A DNA stretch of 61,924 bases from NCBI GenBank assembly GCA_021162785.1, contig JAGGYA010000018.1, positions 1 to 61,924 of the forward strand. Direction: 5' to 3'. The stretch comes from Candidatus Calescamantes bacterium (GTDB lineage Bacteria; CAIJMQ01; JAADFP01). A program made the position numbers and the translations under genes. The notes below the pieces were generated by a model. That model searched no databases. It was not told the DNA's origin and was given only the letters and a program-made list of their open reading frames with translations. Shown here one piece after another: positions 30,757 through 40,432 of the stretch. Numbering within the stretch: the stretch's first letter is position 1; each line of letters starts with the position of its first letter.

Positions 30757-31597
30757 TTAATGATTGGAGATACTTATATCCCAGAATTAACCCTTCTCTT
30801 CTTCTCTCCCCTGAGAAAACCGGATCTTCATGTTCTATTACAAATCCTCCCTGATAATTTGCTTCTTTGAGGATATTCACTATTCTTCTCCAGTCTATCT
30901 CCCCAAATCCGGGAATTCGGTATCTCCACCAACCCTGGCCATAAATTGTTTCTTTATCCCGTATGGAAGGGAAAATTTCTGTATCCTTTGCATGGAAATG
31001 GTAGACCTTTTCCTTAAAATCTCTTAAAACTTTAAGGTAATCTACTCCCAGCCAGTAAAGATGAGAAGGATCATACTCCAACCCTAAGGCAGGGGAATTT
31101 ATTTCTTCCAGCATCATCTCCCATATTTTGGGAGAGAAAGCTATGTTTATTCCACGAAAAGGATGACCATAAATGGTGGGGCAGTTTTCTATGGCAATCT
31201 TAACCCCTTTTTCTTCCGCTTTTTTCACTATGGGAAGAAAGACTTTTTTGAACTCGGGTATATTTTCCTCAAGGGAAAGTTCTGGGATTCTTCCCGCAAA
31301 GGTAGCTATTACTTCCACTCCACATTCGGAAGCAATATCTATCAGGCGGAGAAGATGATTGTTTACCCTTTCTCTCTCTTCTTTATCCGGAGAAAGATGA
31401 TTGGAGTGGGTAGCCAGGGCAGTAATTTTTATTCCATATTCTTCAGCCATGGCCTTTATCCCTTCCGCTCCTTTCTCCCTCCAGAGTTCCATGAATCTGG
31501 ATTCAGGACGGGCATTTACCTCCATACCCTGAAATCCCACTTCCTCAGCGAATCGAAGCTCCTCCTGGCTAAATTCTCCCAAATATCCAAGTATCAT
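30749..31597 (-). CDS. Sugar phosphate isomerase/epimerase (TIM barrel)
   Basis: IAIENCP, YDPSHL.W, HFHAKD, R.PG.GEIDW, IEHED. Confidence 0.88.
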   Translation of the reverse strand: MILGYLGEFSQEELRFAEEVGFQGMEVNARPESRFMELWREKGAEGIKAMAEEYGIKITALATHSNHLSPDKEERERVNNHLLRLIDIASECGVEVIATFAGRIPELSLEENIPEFKKVFLPIVKKAEEKGVKIAIENCPTIYGHPFRGINIAFSPKIWEMMLEEINSPALGLEYDPSHLYWLGVDYLKVLRDFKEKVYHFHAKDTEIFPSIRDKETIYGQGWWRYRIPGFGEIDWRRIVNILKEANYQGGFVIEHEDPVFSGERRREGLILGYKYLQSLIG

Positions 31598-31672
31598 TCT
31601 TCACCTCCTTATTCTGCGGAAATCCTCACCTTTTCCATAAACTCGCAAGTTCCCGTATGCAGAATTCCTTCT

Positions 31673-32749
31673 TCAAAGTTTTACTTCCTTCTTTTCTTCC
31701 CAGGATTTATAAATAGACTCTATAATCCTCACCAATTCCCTTCCTCTTCTTTCATCTGCCTCGGGTTTTCGTCCTTCCAGAATGCAACTCAGGAACTCTT
31801 TTATCTCTTCCATGTAGGGATTAACATCTTCTCTAATTTTTGGCTCTATATCCTGAGGGACCCCTTTCTCCTCACTGTAAATTTTGAGGGGAGGGAAAAC
31901 TGCACCTGCTTTATCTCCTGCAAGGAATATTCGGATGCCCTCATGATGTTCATAGTTCAGTGCCCAACTCGCCTTAAATATCACCACTTTTTCTCCTTCC
32001 AGGTAGATGATCCCACCCCCAAAATCCTCCACATCGAATATCCCTGTTTTCTCATCCTTCACTCCCAGTTTTTTCTCCCAATCTGGCTGGGGTGGCCATT
32101 CTCCTTTTCCTGCCCGAAAACCAAACTTTTGAAAGGCAAATCCATTTACTCTTTCCACCTTTGGGAAATCAAGGAACCAGAGTAGAGCATCCAGAACATG
32201 GACTCCAATATCAAGAAGTGGACCTCCTCCACTCATCTGCTTGGTGGTAAACCATCCACCTAAGCCAGGAACTCCCCTTCTCCTCAGCCAATAACCTTCT
32301 GCAAAGTAAATCTCGCCCAATTTTCCCTCTTTTATAAGGGATTTCAGGTAGGAGAAGGCTGAAGTAAATCTCCAGTGCATACCCACCATTAATATTTTCC
32401 CTGTCTCCTCCACTTTTTTAACTATCTCATCTGCATCTTTTGTGGATATAGTCATTGGCTTTTCCACAAGAACATTACAGCCATGTTCGAGAGACCTTAT
32501 AACCTGTGCCTTGTGAAGGTAATTTGGGGTGCAGATACTCACAGCGTCAAGTTCCTCCTTTTCCAGCATTTCTTCATAAGATGTGTATAATCTTTTCACA
32601 CCAAAAACTTTTCTAACCCCCTCAAGTCTTAAGGGATTTTTATCCGCCACACAGATCAAATCTGCCTTTTCATAATCTCGATAACAGGAAATATGCTCTC
32701 TTCCAATACCACCCGCACCAATTACTCCAACCCTTAATTTCTCACGCAT
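31673..32749 (-). CDS. Gfo/Idh/MocA family oxidoreductase
   Basis: GVIGAGGIG, CTPN..H, VEKPM, SGGGPL.DIGVH.LD. Confidence 0.92.
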   Translation of the reverse strand: MREKLRVGVIGAGGIGREHISCYRDYEKADLICVADKNPLRLEGVRKVFGVKRLYTSYEEMLEKEELDAVSICTPNYLHKAQVIRSLEHGCNVLVEKPMTISTKDADEIVKKVEETGKILMVGMHWRFTSAFSYLKSLIKEGKLGEIYFAEGYWLRRRGVPGLGGWFTTKQMSGGGPLLDIGVHVLDALLWFLDFPKVERVNGFAFQKFGFRAGKGEWPPQPDWEKKLGVKDEKTGIFDVEDFGGGIIYLEGEKVVIFKASWALNYEHHEGIRIFLAGDKAGAVFPPLKIYSEEKGVPQDIEPKIREDVNPYMEEIKEFLSCILEGRKPEADERRGRELVRIIESIYKSWEEKKEVKL

Positions 32750-32752
32750 TTC

Positions 32753-34126
32753 TTACCTCCTTTCCAGTATGAATTTATCCACTTTTTCTTCAGGTTTTAC
32801 GGGATAATCCCCTGTGAAACAGGCGGTGCAGAAATGTTCTCCTTTTTCCGGCATGCAGGAAAGCATCCCTTCAAGAGAAAGATAATAAAGAGAATCCAAA
32901 CCCAAAAACTTTCTTATCCCCTCTATGCCCATAATATTGGCAGCCAGTTCCCGGGGATTGGGGAAATCTATACCGTAGAAACAGGGGTAACGATGAGGAG
33001 GACAGCTAACTCTCATATGTATTTCCTTAACCCCAGCTTCCCTGAGTGTTCTCATTCTCATACGGGAAGTGGTACCTCTTACTATGGAATCCTCCACCAC
33101 AGTAATTCGTTTACCTTTGAGAATATCTCTGCAGGGATTGAGTTTAACCCTCACCCCCAAATCTCTTACTTCCTGAGAAGGCTGGATGAAAGTTCTACCC
33201 ACATAGTGGTTCCTGATCACTGCCATTTCAAAAGGTAAATTACCTCTCAAAGCATAACCCAGAGCAGCATAGTTTCCTGAATCGGGGATGGGGACAACCA
33301 TATCCACATCGGTAGGGGCTTCTTCATAGAGTCTTGCTCCCAGTTTCTTCCTGGTTATGTAAACACTTCCTCCAAATTGCCAGCTATCCGGCCGAGCAAA
33401 GTAGATGAACTCAAAAATACAGTAAGAAGGTTTAACTTTTTTAAAAGGATGATAGGATTTCACACCCTTGCTCTCGATTTCTACTATCTCCCCCGGCTCT
33501 ATCTCCCTTAGGAATCTTGCCCCAATTAAATCAAAAGCACAGGTTTCTGAAGAAATGACTGGTACACCACCCAAATCTCCTAAGACAAGGGGCCTAAATC
33601 CATGGGGATCCCTTACCGCAAAGATTCTATCTTCCGTGGAAATAAGAAAAGAGTATGCACCTTTAAGCTGGGATAGAGCATCCACGATTCTCTCCACCAT
33701 ATCTTTTTTACGGGAGCGGACTATGAGGTGTATTAAAAGTTCTGAGTCAAGCGTGGTTTGAAAGAGAGCACCATCCTTTTCCAGTTTTTCCCTTAAACTC
33801 AAAGAATTTACAAGATTACCATTATGAGCAACTGCCAGATACCCTTTTTTCCATCGGGTAAGGAAAGGTTGTGCATTACGAATATGGGAGGAACCTGTAG
33901 TTGAGTAACGGACATGTCCAATAGCAATATGTCCTTTTAGTTTTGCAACTATTTCAGGGGAGAAAACTTCTGAGACAAGACCCATACCCAGATGTGCATG
34001 AACTTCCCTTCCATCAGATACCACTATCCCTGCACTCTCCTGCCCTCGATGCTGAAGTGCATATAATCCAAGGAAGGTAAGATAAGAAGCCTGGGTATGA
34101 CCATAGATTCCAAAGATTCCACACAT
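32753..34126 (-). CDS. purF: Amidophosphoribosyltransferase
   Basis: MCGIFG (N-terminal Cys nucleophile), QHRGQE, GHVRYST, HNGNL, EDSIVRGTT, Fe-S cysteines (C.ACF). Confidence 0.98.
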   Translation of the reverse strand: MCGIFGIYGHTQASYLTFLGLYALQHRGQESAGIVVSDGREVHAHLGMGLVSEVFSPEIVAKLKGHIAIGHVRYSTTGSSHIRNAQPFLTRWKKGYLAVAHNGNLVNSLSLREKLEKDGALFQTTLDSELLIHLIVRSRKKDMVERIVDALSQLKGAYSFLISTEDRIFAVRDPHGFRPLVLGDLGGVPVISSETCAFDLIGARFLREIEPGEIVEIESKGVKSYHPFKKVKPSYCIFEFIYFARPDSWQFGGSVYITRKKLGARLYEEAPTDVDMVVPIPDSGNYAALGYALRGNLPFEMAVIRNHYVGRTFIQPSQEVRDLGVRVKLNPCRDILKGKRITVVEDSIVRGTTSRMRMRTLREAGVKEIHMRVSCPPHRYPCFYGIDFPNPRELAANIMGIEGIRKFLGLDSLYYLSLEGMLSCMPEKGEHFCTACFTGDYPVKPEEKVDKFILERR

Positions 34127-34127
34127 T

Positions 34128-34886
34128 TTAAATTCTCACCTCCACTCCCTTTTCTTTAAGGAACCGTTTAACCTCCATTATCTCTAAAATCCCGTAATGG
34201 AAGAGCGAAGCAGCAAGGGCAGCATCTGCTTTCCCATCCACGAGTGCTTCATAAAAATGTTCAAGTTTACCTGCACCACCTGAAGCAATGACCGGGATAC
34301 TTACAGCTTCAGAAACTGCTTTAGTTAGAGGGATATCGTATCCTTCCTGTGTCCCATCCGCATCAATACTGGTGAGAAGAATTTCACCTGCTCCAAGTTC
34401 TTCCACTTTTTTTGCCCACTCTACTGCATCGAGACCAGTAGGAGTGGTTCCTGAATTTATGTAAACTTCCCATTTCTCTTCCCCAACTTTCTTAGCATCA
34501 ATGGCCACAACTATACACTGACTGCCAAATCTCTCCGAAGCCTCTCTTATCAAAGGAGGATTCTTAACTGCAGCAGTATTTATGGAAACCTTGTCTGCCC
34601 CGTGTTTTAAAAGTTCCCTTATATCTTCAATGCTTCTCACTCCTCCTCCTACTGTGAGGGGGATAAAAACCTGTTCTGCAGTTCGGGCAACCACATCCAG
34701 CATGATTTTTCTCTTCTCTAAGGTAGCAGTAATGTCTAAGAAAACCACTTCATCCGCTCCTTCCTCAGAGTATCTTTGAGCATTTTCTACTGGATCACCT
34801 GCATCTCTCAGGTTTAAAAAATTTATTCCTTTAACCACTCTCCCTTCCTTTACATCAAGACAGGGAATTATTCTTTTGGCAAGCAT
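34128..34886 (-). CDS. hisF: Imidazole glycerol phosphate synthase cyclase subunit
   Basis: [37 protein letters not shown]. Confidence 0.98.
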   Translation of the reverse strand: MLAKRIIPCLDVKEGRVVKGINFLNLRDAGDPVENAQRYSEEGADEVVFLDITATLEKRKIMLDVVARTAEQVFIPLTVGGGVRSIEDIRELLKHGADKVSINTAAVKNPPLIREASERFGSQCIVVAIDAKKVGEEKWEVYINSGTTPTGLDAVEWAKKVEELGAGEILLTSIDADGTQEGYDIPLTKAVSEAVSIPVIASGGAGKLEHFYEALVDGKADAALAASLFHYGILEIMEVKRFLKEKGVEVRI

Positions 34887-34887
34887 A

Positions 34888-36429
34888 TCACTCCCATTCT
34901 ATAGTGGCAGGGGGTTTGGAACTTATATCATAAACCACACGGTTAACCCCTTTAACTTCATTAATGATACGATTAGCGATCCGGTGAAGGAGATCATGGG
35001 GAAGTTTAGCCCAGTCAGCAGTCATAGCATCCTCGGAAACCACACATCGCACTGCAATCACATTTTCATATGTTCTTTCATCACCCATCACCCCAACACT
35101 TTTGACCGGGAGAAATACAGCAAAAGCCTGCCAGAGTTCGTTGTAATAACCTGCTTTTTTTATCTCCTCTTCCACGATTGCATCAGCTTCTCTCACAATT
35201 CTTAAAGCTTCCGGAGTTACCTCACCAATAATTCTTACCGCAAGGCCTGGGCCTGGAAAAGGATGTCGGAGGATTATCTCCTCTGGTAAACCCAGCTTCC
35301 TCCCCAGTTCCCTCACTTCATCCTTGAAAAGTTCACGGAAAGGTTCTATAAGTTCCAGTTCCATCTTTTCAGGTAATCCCCCCACATTATGATGTGTTTT
35401 TATGGTGGAAGAGGGCCCACCAAAAGAGGAGGTAGATTCAATTACATCTGGATAAAGAGTCCCCTGAGCAAGAAACTTTATATTCCCTATTTTCTTCGCC
35501 TCTTCCTCAAAAACATTTATGAACTCGTTTCCTATGATTCTTCTTTTTTCCTCAGGATCGACAACTCCTTTAAGAGCTTTGAGGAACCTTTCCTTTGCAT
35601 CCACAATGTGAAGATTGAGGGGAAAATCTTTTAAAAAGAGGCTTTCCACCCTTTCTCTTTCACCTTTACGCAAAAGTCCCGTATCCACAAATATGGCATG
35701 TAGTCTATCCCCCACTGCTTTTTTAAGTAACACCGCAAGCACGGAGGAATCCACCCCTCCTGAGAGAGCACATACTACTTTTTCTTCACCCACTCTTTCC
35801 CTGATTTCCTGAATCTTTTTTTCCAGAAAAGAACCCATATCCCATTGTGGTTTAATGGAAGCAATCTTCAAAAGGAAATTTGAAAAGAGAAGTTTCCCTT
35901 TGGAGGTGTGAACCACCTCTGGATGAAACTGCACTCCATAATATTTCCTTTTTGGATCTCCAATTACCGCATGAGGAGAATGAAGTGTGGAAGCAAAAGT
36001 TTTGAAACCTTCCGGTAAACTCTCCACTCTATCTCCGTGAGACATCCAGACAATCTCTTCCTCTCCCCATCCTTCCAGTAAATGGTTCTTTTCTTTGACA
36101 AAAAGAGGTGTTTTCCCATACTCTCTTTTCTCCGAAGGAACCACTTTCCCTCCCAGCATTTCCACCATAACCTGCATACCATAGCAGATACCAAGAAGTG
36201 GGATTCTCTCTTCAAAGATTCTCTTATCGGGGAGGGGAGCACCGGGAGTATGAACGCTTGCTGGACCTCCTGTGAGAATAATAGCATCGGGTTTATACTT
36301 GGAAATCTCCTCCCAAGAAATAGAATAGGGAAATATCCGGGAATAAATATTGAGTTCTCGCACTCTTCGAGCAATGAGCTGATTGTATTGAGAACCAAAA
36401 TCCAGGATTACAACAGGGACTTTCTCCAT
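34888..36429 (-). CDS. guaA: GMP synthase (glutamine-hydrolysing)
   Basis: [50 protein letters not shown]. Likely start ATG 36429. Confidence 0.98.
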   Translation of the reverse strand: MEKVPVVILDFGSQYNQLIARRVRELNIYSRIFPYSISWEEISKYKPDAIILTGGPASVHTPGAPLPDKRIFEERIPLLGICYGMQVMVEMLGGKVVPSEKREYGKTPLFVKEKNHLLEGWGEEEIVWMSHGDRVESLPEGFKTFASTLHSPHAVIGDPKRKYYGVQFHPEVVHTSKGKLLFSNFLLKIASIKPQWDMGSFLEKKIQEIRERVGEEKVVCALSGGVDSSVLAVLLKKAVGDRLHAIFVDTGLLRKGERERVESLFLKDFPLNLHIVDAKERFLKALKGVVDPEEKRRIIGNEFINVFEEEAKKIGNIKFLAQGTLYPDVIESTSSFGGPSSTIKTHHNVGGLPEKMELELIEPFRELFKDEVRELGRKLGLPEEIILRHPFPGPGLAVRIIGEVTPEALRIVREADAIVEEEIKKAGYYNELWQAFAVFLPVKSVGVMGDERTYENVIAVRCVVSEDAMTADWAKLPHDLLHRIANRIINEVKGVNRVVYDISSKPPATIEWE

Positions 36430-36436
36430 TTTCCAT

Positions 36437-37042
36437 TTAAGATTTAAGGAAATTCTCAAGTAATTTCAAGCCAATTTTCCCGCTCTTTTCGGGATGAAAC
36501 TGACAGGCAAAGAGATTACCTTTTTTTATGGAAGAGACGAATTCCAAACCATAAAAAGTGGTGGTGGCAATTATCTCTTTCTCCACAGGAACTACATAAT
36601 AAGAGTGAATAAAATAAAAATAGGAATTATCGGGTATCCCATCAAATAAATCTTCCACTTCCATCCTTAATTTTACCTGATTCCAACCCATATGAGGAAT
36701 TTTAAGAGAAGGAAGATGGGGGAATCTTTTAACAACTCCTTTAATCACTCCCATACCCTTTGCATTTCCTTCCTCACTCCGTTCAAATAGAAGCTGCAAT
36801 CCCAGACAGATACCTAAATAAGGTGTCCCTTCTTTCAGCTCCTCTTTTATAACATCCAGAATACCCTGCTTTTTTAAATTCTCCATAGCTTTACCAAAAG
36901 CACCTACCCCGGGAAGAATGATTTTTTTTGCCCTTTTTATATCTAAATATTCACCACTCACCTTAACTGTGTATCCACTTTTTTCCACAGCCTTAGCTAC
37001 ACTCCTCAAGTTGCCCATTCCGTAATCTACAACCACAATCAT
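36437..37042 (-). CDS. hisH: Imidazole glycerol phosphate synthase glutaminase subunit
   Basis: [37 protein letters not shown]. Real start ATG 37042; the track extension to 37420 overlaps the divergent gene. Confidence 0.96.
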   Translation of the reverse strand: MIVVVDYGMGNLRSVAKAVEKSGYTVKVSGEYLDIKRAKKIILPGVGAFGKAMENLKKQGILDVIKEELKEGTPYLGICLGLQLLFERSEEGNAKGMGVIKGVVKRFPHLPSLKIPHMGWNQVKLRMEVEDLFDGIPDNSYFYFIHSYYVVPVEKEIIATTTFYGLEFVSSIKKGNLFACQFHPEKSGKIGLKLLENFLKS

Positions 37043-37096
37043 GTCTCCTATGATATCACCTTTTCTGTTATAATAGGAGGTCGATTTGAGGAAAGT

Positions 37097-38713
37097 ATGA
37101 AAGGATCTTATTCTCCTGAGGGAGAGTTTTACCCTTTTCCAACAGAAGAAGATACCAGAAAAGAAGAAGAAACTATTATAAGGATAACTGAGGAGGAGCG
37201 GAAAAAGGGGAGAGAAATTGTAGCTATTCAGGGGTTGGGTTTTGTGGGGTGCATAATGGCAGCTGTTGTAGCAGATGCAGAAGATGAACACGGTAATCCG
37301 TATTACTTTGTTCATGGTGTTCAAAGACCTTCCTCCCGTTCCTATTGGAAAATCCCGGTGATAAACAGGGGTATTCCTCCTGTGGAATCTACTGATCCCG
37401 AGGTTCCCCAGATTTTCCACCGCACGGTGATTGAGAAGAAAACTCTAAGAGCTACCTGGCATGAGAAAGCCTATTCCCTGGCCGATATAGTAGTGGTGGA
37501 TGTTCAGCTTGATGCTACCAAACCCCAGTTTGGTCATGCGGAACTGGGTTACTGTGACATGGAGAGTTTCAAAAATGCAATAAGACAGCTGGGAAGATTA
37601 ATAAAACCAGACTGCCTGGTTTTGGTGGAAACAACTGTTCCCCCTGGGACCTGCCGGCATATAGTAAAACCTATTCTGGAGGAGGAATTCCAGAAAAGGG
37701 GAATTGATATAAAGAAGAATCCTCCCTGCATTGCCCATTCTTATGAAAGGGTTATGCCGGGTGCTAATTATGTAGGCTCTATCCGAGACTTCTGGAGAAC
37801 ATTTGCAGGAATTGATGAAGTATCCGCAAGAAAGGCTGAAATATTCCTTACCCGGGTACTCAATACCAAGGAGTATCCCCTTTATAAACTGGGAGACACG
37901 AATGCTTCTGAATTAGCCAAGACCTTAGAGAATTCTTTTCGGGCAATGAATATTGCCTTCATTTATGAATGGACTCTCTTTGCGGAAAAAATTGGAATAA
38001 ACCTATGGGAAGTTCTGGATTCTATCCGGGTAAGGCCTACCCATAGAAATATCATGAACCCGGGATTGGGAGTGGGAGGATATTGTCTGACCAAAGACCC
38101 AATCCTGGCTCACTGGGCATACCGGAATATCTTTAACCTTATCACTGCCAATGAAGACCCAGTGCTTGGACACTGGAAGGAATGGGATAGGTTCTCAAAA
38201 CATGTTGGTTTACCTTTAGCAGTAGAAGCAGTTAATATCAATGATCTTATGCCCCTCCATACTGCAGAACTTACTCGGGAAGCACTGGGAGGAAAAGTCA
38301 AAGGGAAGAAAATACTGCTCCTCGGCGCTTCTTACCGGAAGGATGTGGGAGATACCCGACATTCTCCCTGTGAAACATTATGGAAAGCACTGGAGAAGGA
38401 GGGCGCCTTACTTTCCGTACATGACCCATTGGTAAAGTTCTGGCCAGAGATACCCCAAGCCAAGATACAGAAAGATCTTTGGAGTGCAGTCAAGGGAATG
38501 GATGCTTTAATATTCGCAGTTGCCCATAAAGATTACTTTCATCTTCCTCCGGAAAAAGTGGTCAAAACAGCGGGGAAACCACTCAGTATCATAGATGCGG
38601 AAAATGTTCTAAATGACGAAGAGATAAAAGAATACTTAAGACTTGGTTGTGAAGTTAAAGGTGTGGGGAAAGGTCACATCCGGTTTCTCAAAGAAAAAAG
38701 GCGAACTAATTAA
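37097..38713 (+). CDS. Nucleotide-sugar dehydrogenase (UDP-glucose/GDP-mannose dehydrogenase family)
   Basis: QGLGFVG Rossmann, ETTVPPGT, ERVMPG, E.AK..ENS.R..NIAF, PG.GVGGYCL.KD, SYR.DVGDTR.SP. Confidence 0.9.
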   Translation: MKGSYSPEGEFYPFPTEEDTRKEEETIIRITEEERKKGREIVAIQGLGFVGCIMAAVVADAEDEHGNPYYFVHGVQRPSSRSYWKIPVINRGIPPVESTDPEVPQIFHRTVIEKKTLRATWHEKAYSLADIVVVDVQLDATKPQFGHAELGYCDMESFKNAIRQLGRLIKPDCLVLVETTVPPGTCRHIVKPILEEEFQKRGIDIKKNPPCIAHSYERVMPGANYVGSIRDFWRTFAGIDEVSARKAEIFLTRVLNTKEYPLYKLGDTNASELAKTLENSFRAMNIAFIYEWTLFAEKIGINLWEVLDSIRVRPTHRNIMNPGLGVGGYCLTKDPILAHWAYRNIFNLITANEDPVLGHWKEWDRFSKHVGLPLAVEAVNINDLMPLHTAELTREALGGKVKGKKILLLGASYRKDVGDTRHSPCETLWKALEKEGALLSVHDPLVKFWPEIPQAKIQKDLWSAVKGMDALIFAVAHKDYFHLPPEKVVKTAGKPLSIIDAENVLNDEEIKEYLRLGCEVKGVGKGHIRFLKEKRRTN

Positions 38714-39072
38714 ATATCTTTAACTTCCACTACTTTATTTTGCTCATTCAGGGTAACAAAGCGGGTGGAGTGAGCTTTTATTTCTTCCTCATCAAGGTAA
38801 GCAAAACACAATATGATGAGTTCATCTCCTGGATATCCCAATCTTGCTGCAGGACCATTCAGGCAGACTACACCTGAACCCTTCTCTCCTTTAATCACAT
38901 AGGTGGTGAATCTTTCGCCATTATTGAGATTCAGAACAAGAACCTCCTCACCTGGAAGGAGACCTGCCTTCTCTACAATTTCCTCATCTAAGGTAATACT
39001 TCCTTCGTAAAAGAGCTGAGTATCAGTAACTCTTGCTCCTTTTATCTTTACCCTCAAAAATCTCCGAAGCAT
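38710..39072 (-). CDS. panD: Aspartate 1-decarboxylase proenzyme
   Basis: YEGSIT.D cleavage site, NGERF.TY.I.G..GSG...LNG.AAR. Confidence 0.93.
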   Translation of the reverse strand: MLRRFLRVKIKGARVTDTQLFYEGSITLDEEIVEKAGLLPGEEVLVLNLNNGERFTTYVIKGEKGSGVVCLNGPAARLGYPGDELIILCFAYLDEEEIKAHSTRFVTLNEQNKVVEVKDI

Positions 39073-39089
39073 TTGACTTTAATTATACC

Positions 39090-40178
39090 TCAAATTTTTC
39101 TCCCAAAAATGAGGAAGGTAATCCAGCTGGTTAAAGAGAGAATTCCAGAGAATAAAATGGAGAGCCTCATGGAAAAAAGATGGGAGAGTGTCCCTCCAAT
39201 GAAAGGGCCTACCATCATTGCCACACTGAATGCGGAACCTAAAAGTCCGGTAGTAGTGCCTCTCTCCACATTTTTTGAAACAAGGTAGAGTAATGCTCCG
39301 GTGTACATGGTAGCCCAGGAGACTCCCACAATTACAGAAACAAGATAGGCCCAACGGTAATCAGGAATAGAGGAGTAAAGAAAAAAAGAAAGTGAGGAAA
39401 GGAAAAGCCCTGTAGTAAAGATTTTTAAGGAAGGGATTCTTTCTATCCAAGGGAGGAGAAGCAGTATCATGGAAAATTGAACCAGAGGATTTAAAGCATA
39501 AATGGTGGAAACATGGACTTTACTTCCTCCAAGAGAAACAAGGAATACAGGTAGGATTGCCCATATAGCAGATGCTCCAGTGTGTCGCAAAAGGAAGGGA
39601 AGATAAATCCACCGGTTTTTCCAGATAAGCGCTTTTGGGAAAAGAGGGATATGGATTCTTTTCCCTTTCTTTTCTTTAAGGGAAAGAGAGAAGAAAAAAC
39701 TAAGAAAAAAAAGAATTGCAGAAGAAATGAAAATGAGTGAGTATCTCCGGCATATTCCTGCCCAGAGCCAGCCCATGAATGTGCCCAGACTGGCAAAAGC
39801 ATTTACCAGACTCACCCTCCTTTCTCTTCTCCCACTTAAGGAAGCAAGAACAATAAGGGGGAAAGAATAGATACCCATCATAAATCCTGCCAGAAATCTT
39901 AAAAAAATAAGGTAATTGAGGGAGGGGATATTAAGATGCAAAAGGATGATAAGAGAGGAAAGGAAGAAACCTGCAGAAATAAATTCTTTTCTTCTCCCCA
40001 GAACATCGGAAAGTCTCCCAAAAAGATAATAAGATATAAATCCTCCCAGACCAAAGAAGAAAGAAACCAACCCCACCTGAAAGAGATTGGCTCCCATTTC
40101 CTTTGCCAGAAGAGGGATAAATAACCAGGAAGAATATATTGCCCACTTATCTAAAAAAGAAAGCAGAAAAATTAACAT
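39090..40178 (-). CDS. MFS transporter
   Basis: GRLSD..GRR motif A, multiple TM segments, ERG...G, GP.IGG. Confidence 0.88.
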   Translation of the reverse strand: MLIFLLSFLDKWAIYSSWLFIPLLAKEMGANLFQVGLVSFFFGLGGFISYYLFGRLSDVLGRRKEFISAGFFLSSLIILLHLNIPSLNYLIFLRFLAGFMMGIYSFPLIVLASLSGRRERRVSLVNAFASLGTFMGWLWAGICRRYSLIFISSAILFFLSFFFSLSLKEKKGKRIHIPLFPKALIWKNRWIYLPFLLRHTGASAIWAILPVFLVSLGGSKVHVSTIYALNPLVQFSMILLLLPWIERIPSLKIFTTGLFLSSLSFFLYSSIPDYRWAYLVSVIVGVSWATMYTGALLYLVSKNVERGTTTGLLGSAFSVAMMVGPFIGGTLSHLFSMRLSILFSGILSLTSWITFLIFGRKI

Positions 40179-40184
40179 GCGGTT

Positions 40185-40213
40185 ATGATATAATAGGCAA
40201 ATCTTAGGGTCAA
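40185..40213 (-). promoter_or_regulatory. Putative sigma70 promoter of the MFS gene, overlapping a divergent TGnTATAAT for rpmB
   Basis: TTGACC, 17 bp, TATCAT, 6 nt, ATG on minus; TATAAT at 40189-40194 on plus. Confidence 0.6.
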
Positions 40214-40225
40214 GGAGGAAAAGAA

Positions 40226-40432
40226 ATGAGTAAGGTTTGTGTAGTGTGTGGGAAAAGACCGATGGCAGGGAACCATGTAAGCCATGCAGGTAATCGTAAC
40301 CGAAGAAGATGGCTTCCCAATCTTCAGAAAGTTAAAGTAAGAATAGATGGTGAAATTAAAAGAGTATGGGTATGTGCTCGTTGCCTTAAAAGTGGTAAGG
40401 TAGAAAAAGTAGTTAAAGTTCCCACTACTTAA
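40226..40432 (+). CDS. rpmB: 50S ribosomal protein L28 (zinc-ribbon form)
   Basis: MSKVC.VCGK, GN.VSHA, RRW.PNLQ, VC.RCLKSG. Confidence 0.96.
   Translation: MSKVCVVCGKRPMAGNHVSHAGNRNRRRWLPNLQKVKVRIDGEIKRVWVCARCLKSGKVEKVVKVPTT

Noticed and set aside
31601-31675. Selenocysteine or readthrough at the oxidoreductase TGA because of the downstream stem-loops
   Set aside because: The protein is complete at the TGA, and the readthrough peptide is short with no Cys-equivalent context.
31163-32185. 340-aa plus-strand ORF
   Set aside because: Antisense to two well-supported genes; its Phe/Ser-rich sequence is the expected mirror of Lys/Glu-rich coding DNA. The same applies to the other nested ORFs (e.g. 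3940-4482, 22691-23284, 41593-42303, 57849-58502).
37043-37420. N-terminal extension of HisH in the ORF track, suggesting a fusion
   Set aside because: It overlaps the divergent dehydrogenase gene; HisH homology begins at ATG 37042.
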